Source: Alphaproteobacteria bacterium (GTDB taxonomy: Bacteria; Pseudomonadota; Alphaproteobacteria; UBA828). From it: a stretch of DNA of 64,000 nt. A program made the position numbers and the translations under genes. Below, piece by piece: positions 59,506 through 64,000 of this stretch. How positions within the stretch are numbered: position 1 is the first letter of the stretch; every line of letters starts with the position of its first letter. Below the pieces are notes generated by a model that saw only the letters and a program-made list of their open reading frames with translations, was not told the DNA's origin and ran no database searches. The stretch covers positions 192,001 to 256,000 of the forward strand of contig CBDCQT010000010.1 of assembly GCA_965220745.1 (NCBI GenBank). Direction: 5' to 3'.

Positions 59506-60591
59506 ATGAGCGCTCTGAGGGCCCGCTTACAGGGGATCCTGGACGACTACGTGGCGCAGGGCGTCGTCGGCGCCTCGCTCGCGCTGCGGGCGCCGGGTGA
59601 GGAGGATGTTCTGATCGCGAGCGGGCTCGCCAATCGCACGCGACAGGAGCCGCTGACACCCGATCATCTCTTCCGCATCGCGAGTTGCACCAAGACCTAT
59701 GTCGCAGCCTGTCTTCTGCAGCTCGCCCAGGAGGGCCGGCTCGACCTCGACGAGCCCATCACCCGCTGGTTCCCCGACCTGCCCAAGGCGGAGCGCCTGC
59801 CGGTTCGCATTCTCGTCAACCACCGCAGCGGCCTGCCCGAGTTCGAGAACCACATGCCGATGATCTCGGACCGCGTCTGGACGCCGCAGGAAATCGTGGA
59901 CTTCGCTTTTGAGGCGACGGAGCAGGGCGAGCCCTGGCGCACGATGCAATACAACAACACCGGCTACATCCTGGCCGGCATGATCATCGCGCTGGAAACC
60001 GGCGGCACACTCAGCCAGGCACTCCGCTCACGCCTGTTCGAGCCGCTCGGTCTCCAAGACACCTGGGTCGGCACCGACGAGCCCTATCCCGCCGAGCGCG
60101 TGGCGCGCGGCTACTTCCACAAAGAGGACGAGGACGGCCAGTGGGACATTGCAGGCGCCGGCGAGCCGGTCGACGGCTGCTGGGATTCGACCGACTGGTT
60201 TCCGCTTTCCGGCGCCAATGCGGCAGGCGATATCATAGCCACGCCGCACGATCTGATGCGCTGGATCGAAGGACTCTTCGCAGGCAAAGTGCTGGACGAA
60301 GCCCGCCTTCACGAGATGGCCGGCAATCTGAAGGAGGCGAGCTTTCCCGGCGCGCCGATCACGGCGAACGGCCACGGCATCCTGGTGTCCAAGATCGACG
60401 GGCTGGAGATCAAGGGCCACATCGGCCAGCTACCGGGCCACACCACCTGCACGGGCCACCACGAGGCCACGGGCGTGAGCGCGACGCTCTGCCAGAATTC
60501 CGGGGCGGGCGACTTCGAATCGTTCTATCTGGCGGGCATTCACGCTCCCTTCGCAGCCTGCTTCCGTGCGGTGGGAGCGACGCAATCCTGA
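59506..60591 (+). CDS. Serine hydrolase (beta-lactamase/D-peptidase-like family), no signal peptide
   Basis: FRIASCTK (SxxK), NHRSGL, YNNTGY (YxN) and GHIG motifs. Confidence 0.88.
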   Translation: MSALRARLQGILDDYVAQGVVGASLALRAPGEEDVLIASGLANRTRQEPLTPDHLFRIASCTKTYVAACLLQLAQEGRLDLDEPITRWFPDLPKAERLPVRILVNHRSGLPEFENHMPMISDRVWTPQEIVDFAFEATEQGEPWRTMQYNNTGYILAGMIIALETGGTLSQALRSRLFEPLGLQDTWVGTDEPYPAERVARGYFHKEDEDGQWDIAGAGEPVDGCWDSTDWFPLSGANAAGDIIATPHDLMRWIEGLFAGKVLDEARLHEMAGNLKEASFPGAPITANGHGILVSKIDGLEIKGHIGQLPGHTTCTGHHEATGVSATLCQNSGAGDFESFYLAGIHAPFAACFRAVGATQS

Positions 60592-60793
60592 CTGTCTTGC
60601 TGCCTGTCATGTCTCTTTAACTTGCACCCGAGCCACTCTGGCTCTCGCACGCCCATCAATGTCGTAGATTACGACGGTGACCACGATTCCGGAGAAATAC
60701 GACGCTCGCGTACTTGCTGTTGAGCGATGTGGACAAGTCAATCGGCGCTCCCCGAGAAAGTATCGACGGGAAGAACAAATCATGCAGGCAGCG

Positions 60794-61616
60794 TTAGTAG
60801 GACTGGCAATTCGTGTTCAATCCGAATAACCGAGAGGCTTGCTCCAAGTAGGGAAATTCTGACCTCGCAACACTCACAGCCGACTTGGCGATGGTCGCGA
60901 CGAGCATCTCTTGGCCGTCGTCTGTAGCCTCAGCGATCGCGGTACCTTGAGGATCGTAGATTCCGCTTCGGCCGACGTACCGTAGCTCGTTCTCAGCGCC
61001 AATCCGGTTGGCGTAGGCGATGTAGAGCTGATTCTCGATGGCCCGCGCTGGGATCACGTGGCGAGCAATGTGCCCGTGCGGTTCCATGAGTGACGTTGTA
61101 ACCGCAATCAGATCACTGCCGTTGCGGGCGCGCTCCCGGGCGAGGCTCCGGGAATTCGATGTCGAAACAGATTAGCACCGCAATCGTGACGCCTTTGAGT
61201 TCGACCAGGACGGGTTCGCTTCCCCGCAGGAACGTGGATTTCTCCCAGTCGCCGTAGAGAGCGCGTTTCCGATAGTTGGCCAGGATCGCTCCGTCGGCGC
61301 CAGTCAGCAGTGCTGCGTTGTAGAGTCCGCCGTCCTGTGTCTCGTAGTACCCAACAAGGATGGCCGTTGCGTTCGACTTGGCCACGGCTCGCAGCGCAGA
61401 GACCGTCTCTTGATTGATATGGCGGGCGATGCGCTCAGTCTCCTCTCGGTTGAAATAGCCGGTAAGGAAACACTCGGGAAAGACCAGGAGGTCAACACCA
61501 CGGTGCGAAGCCTGAGCGGTCGTCCGCGAAATGGTCGCCATATTGGCAGCAACGTTCCCCAGCAGACCGGAGTCCTGCCATACGCCGACAGTGAGGATGG
61601 CCTCCGGGACGGTCAT
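60794..61616 (-). pseudogene. Carbon-nitrogen hydrolase (nitrilase/amidase family) with a +1 frameshift near 61145
   Basis: FPECFLTGY, YRK and LICFDIEFPE in one frame; ARAIENQLYIAYANR and GRSGIYDP in another. Confidence 0.85.
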
Positions 61617-62413
61617 GCGTCTTGGCTGCGATGCGCACCCAGGAGGCGCGGCAGGTCGCCGAACCGTGCAATCGCTCCGAACACGACCACGGCGATCAAG
61701 ACGAATAGAACGGCAGCCGATGCCATGACGGGCGTGTAACCGTACCGAAGGGAGTTGAATATCTTGATCGGGAGGGTCTCGGCGGAGAAGCCTGCGACCA
61801 TGTAGGCGATGATGTACTCGTTCAGGCTGAGGACGACGGCGAAGGCGAAGCCCGACACGACGTAGGGGCGGACCAGGGGAAAGACCACGGTCAGGAACAC
61901 GGTTCGCCGGTTCGCGCCCATGGTCCGGGCGGCTTCGATCAAAGAGCGGTCGATACTTTCGAGGCCGAGCGAGATGGTGACCAGGGGAAGCGCGACCAGA
62001 AACACGCCGTGCGAGATGATCGTCGCGAGAATGTGCCCGTAGAGGCCGGCCGAGATCCAGAACACCATGAACCCGAGCGCGGAGATGACCGGCGGCAGAA
62101 GGAACGGTGCGATGCCGAGCCCGAACAGGACGCGCCCCAGAAGACCGCCGCGAGACCAGATATAGAGGGCCAGCGGCAGCGCGACGGATACCGCGAGAAG
62201 GCCGGCAAGCACGGCAATGATCGCCGAGTTGGTCAGGGAGCCGGCCCAGTCGCTCTTGGTGAAGAGTTCGCCGTACCATTTCAAGGAAAGTCCTTCAGGC
62301 GGGAACAGGAGACGCTTGGGCTGGTTGACGGATACCCCGGCAACCACGACGAGGGGCGCGGCCAGGAAGACCAGGACGCCGGCGACGAATGCCCTGCAGA
62401 GCCAACCCGTCAT
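61613..62413 (-). CDS. ABC transporter permease (PotC-like)
   Basis: LFPPEGLSLKWY, LIEAARTMGA and SLNEY motifs. Confidence 0.9.
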   Translation of the reverse strand: MTGWLCRAFVAGVLVFLAAPLVVVAGVSVNQPKRLLFPPEGLSLKWYGELFTKSDWAGSLTNSAIIAVLAGLLAVSVALPLALYIWSRGGLLGRVLFGLGIAPFLLPPVISALGFMVFWISAGLYGHILATIISHGVFLVALPLVTISLGLESIDRSLIEAARTMGANRRTVFLTVVFPLVRPYVVSGFAFAVVLSLNEYIIAYMVAGFSAETLPIKIFNSLRYGYTPVMASAAVLFVLIAVVVFGAIARFGDLPRLLGAHRSQDA

Positions 62414-63267
62414 GGCTGGCTGCCTTTGCGGTCGCCGCTGACGGCGAGGGCCAGACCGACCAGTGCGAGCGATACGAGAAGGAAAAACATCGCCATCGCA
62501 GCGCCGAAGGGAATGTTGGATTGAAAGATGGCCTGGTCGGTGATGTGGACCGGCAGGGTCCAGTGCGCCGGCCGCCCCAGCACCTGGGGAAGCAGGTAAG
62601 CGCCAAGGGTAAAGACGAACACGAGGATGAAGGCGCCGGTGATGGTGCGCCGCATGATCGGCAGCGTCACGCTTACGAACGCCCTGAGCGGCGATGCGCC
62701 GGACATGCGGGCCGCCTCCGGCAGTTCAGGGTCGAGCCGGGAGACCGCGGGATACATCGTGAGAACCGCGTAAGGGAAACCGAGATAGCTCAGTCCCAGG
62801 ATCAGCGCCACCAAACCCGGCGTGTACGCTTGGGGAGCATCGCTCAGGCCGAGCAACGCAATGAAGTTTCCAATTCCAGCCGTTCGCGACAGGAGAGTCG
62901 ACCACGCAAAGCCGATGATGACCTCGGAAAGCGAAAGAACGGAGAGGATGAACACCAGGATGATCGTTTGGGTACGGCGGTCCATCCGGCTCAGGATGTA
63001 GGTGAAGGGAAAGGCGATCACGACGACGATCGCCGCCGCTCCCGCGGCAAGCGCGATCGATGTGAACAGGATCTTCCCGAAGAACGGCGACAAGAAGCGA
63101 ATGTAGTTGGAGAGCTCGAAGGATGGCTCGAAGAACCCGCCCTCGATGCGCTTGAAGAAGCTGACGGTCAGCATGATCGCGAACGGGATGACAAAGAACA
63201 CGAGCAGCACCAGGGCGGGGAAGAACGCCTGGGGCCACGAGGCGGCCTCTTCCCGTCGCTGCCTCAT
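62410..63267 (-). CDS. ABC transporter permease (PotB-like)
   Basis: LPEAARMSGA and GAYLLPQVLG motifs; TM segments. Confidence 0.9.
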   Translation of the reverse strand: MRQRREEAASWPQAFFPALVLLVFFVIPFAIMLTVSFFKRIEGGFFEPSFELSNYIRFLSPFFGKILFTSIALAAGAAAIVVVIAFPFTYILSRMDRRTQTIILVFILSVLSLSEVIIGFAWSTLLSRTAGIGNFIALLGLSDAPQAYTPGLVALILGLSYLGFPYAVLTMYPAVSRLDPELPEAARMSGASPLRAFVSVTLPIMRRTITGAFILVFVFTLGAYLLPQVLGRPAHWTLPVHITDQAIFQSNIPFGAAMAMFFLLVSLALVGLALAVSGDRKGSQP

Positions 63268-64000
63268 GGTGGGGTCAGCGCTGCGCGCCCGGTGTGGAAG
63301 GTGATACCCACCCGCTGTCCCACGCCGACGTTTGGTCGATCCCTGGGTGAGGAAACCGAAAGTATTGTGAGACCGCTCACGGCAACGGAAATCTCGACGC
63401 TGGCTCCCAGATCCCGGATGAACTCGACGACGCCCTCGAAATCGCCGTCGTCAAGGGTGGCGCTCAGCGCCACGTCTTCGGGCCGGATGGAGAGAACCCC
63501 TTCGGCACCGACGGCGATGTTGTGCGCCCGCGCGTCAGGAACGGCGACGGTGCGGCCGAATATCTCGACCGCATCCGCGCCCACCCGACGGCACGTAACG
63601 AGATTGCTCGTGCCGATGAAGTCTGCGACGAAGGAGTCTGCGGGGTTGCGGTAGATGTCGATCGGCGGCGCGGCTTGAAGAATGCGACCCCGGTCCATCA
63701 CCACGACCAGATCGGCCATTGTCATGGCCTCGCGCTGGTCGTGGGTCACGACAATGGTCGTGATGCCAAGCTTCTGCTGGAGCAGGCGCAGCTCGATCTG
63801 CATGTGCTCCCGGAGCTTGGTATCGAGCGCGGACAATGGCTCGTCCAGCAGGAAGAGCGTGGGCTCGATGGCGAGCGCGCGCGCGATCGCGACGCGCTGT
63901 CGTTGACCGCCTGACAGCTGATGAACGCGCCGGTCCTGCACGTCGGGAAGCTTTACGAGATCGAGCAGCTCATCCACGCGCGCGCTGCAGGTCGCGCGTG
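63264..64000 (-). CDS. ABC transporter ATPase (PotA-like), 5'-truncated by the window edge
   Basis: LSGGQRQR, LLDEPLSALD and VTHDQREA motifs. Confidence 0.92.
   Translation of the reverse strand, partial: RATCSARVDELLDLVKLPDVQDRRVHQLSGGQRQRVAIARALAIEPTLFLLDEPLSALDTKLREHMQIELRLLQQKLGITTIVVTHDQREAMTMADLVVVMDRGRILQAAPPIDIYRNPADSFVADFIGTSNLVTCRRVGADAVEIFGRTVAVPDARAHNIAVGAEGVLSIRPEDVALSATLDDGDFEGVVEFIRDLGASVEISVAVSGLTILSVSSPRDRPNVGVGQRVGITFHTGRAALTPP

Noticed and set aside
59506-60591. Beta-lactam resistance gene
   Set aside because: No signal peptide, a GHIG rather than KTG motif, and a catabolic context; generic serine hydrolase

Overview
High-GC window from what looks like an alphaproteobacterium (inferred from the dapA-smpB-udg-NYN-folK and ctpA-rppH blocks). 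It is mostly catabolic and transport genes. These include a corrinoid methyl-transfer cluster (non-pyrrolysine MttB, RamA-like activator, pterin-binding methyltransferase, DUF1638, corrinoid protein, GlxA-type regulator) and a locus with Fur-box-like sites (DUF4856 plus sterol-desaturase family). There is also a CP-ATP-grasp/alpha-E/transglutaminase trio, a cobalt-type nitrile hydratase with a split beta subunit between two amidohydrolases, nirK with nsrR, and three ABC transporter loci. Mobile DNA falls in three places. (1) A ~300-bp MITE at 27.7-29.5 kb carries a frameshifted IS110/IS1111 element whose 3' non-coding region contains readable guide-like matches to its own ends; further MITE-end remnants lie at 21955 and 50349. 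(2) An A/T-richer three-gene cassette at 32.9-34.7 kb (STAS-like+GHKL ATPase, DUF4325 STAS-like protein, membrane-anchored orphan) is bracketed by an intact gst and an internally deleted gst copy. This is the best candidate for an undescribed system, possibly a partner-switch defence module. (3) A decayed integration hotspot at 50.3-53.6 kb holds a group II intron 3' end, two tRNA 3' fragments, IHF sites, IS21, IS630 and alpA. No CRISPR array, rRNA or complete tRNA was seen. Product calls rest on motif recognition only; no database search was run.
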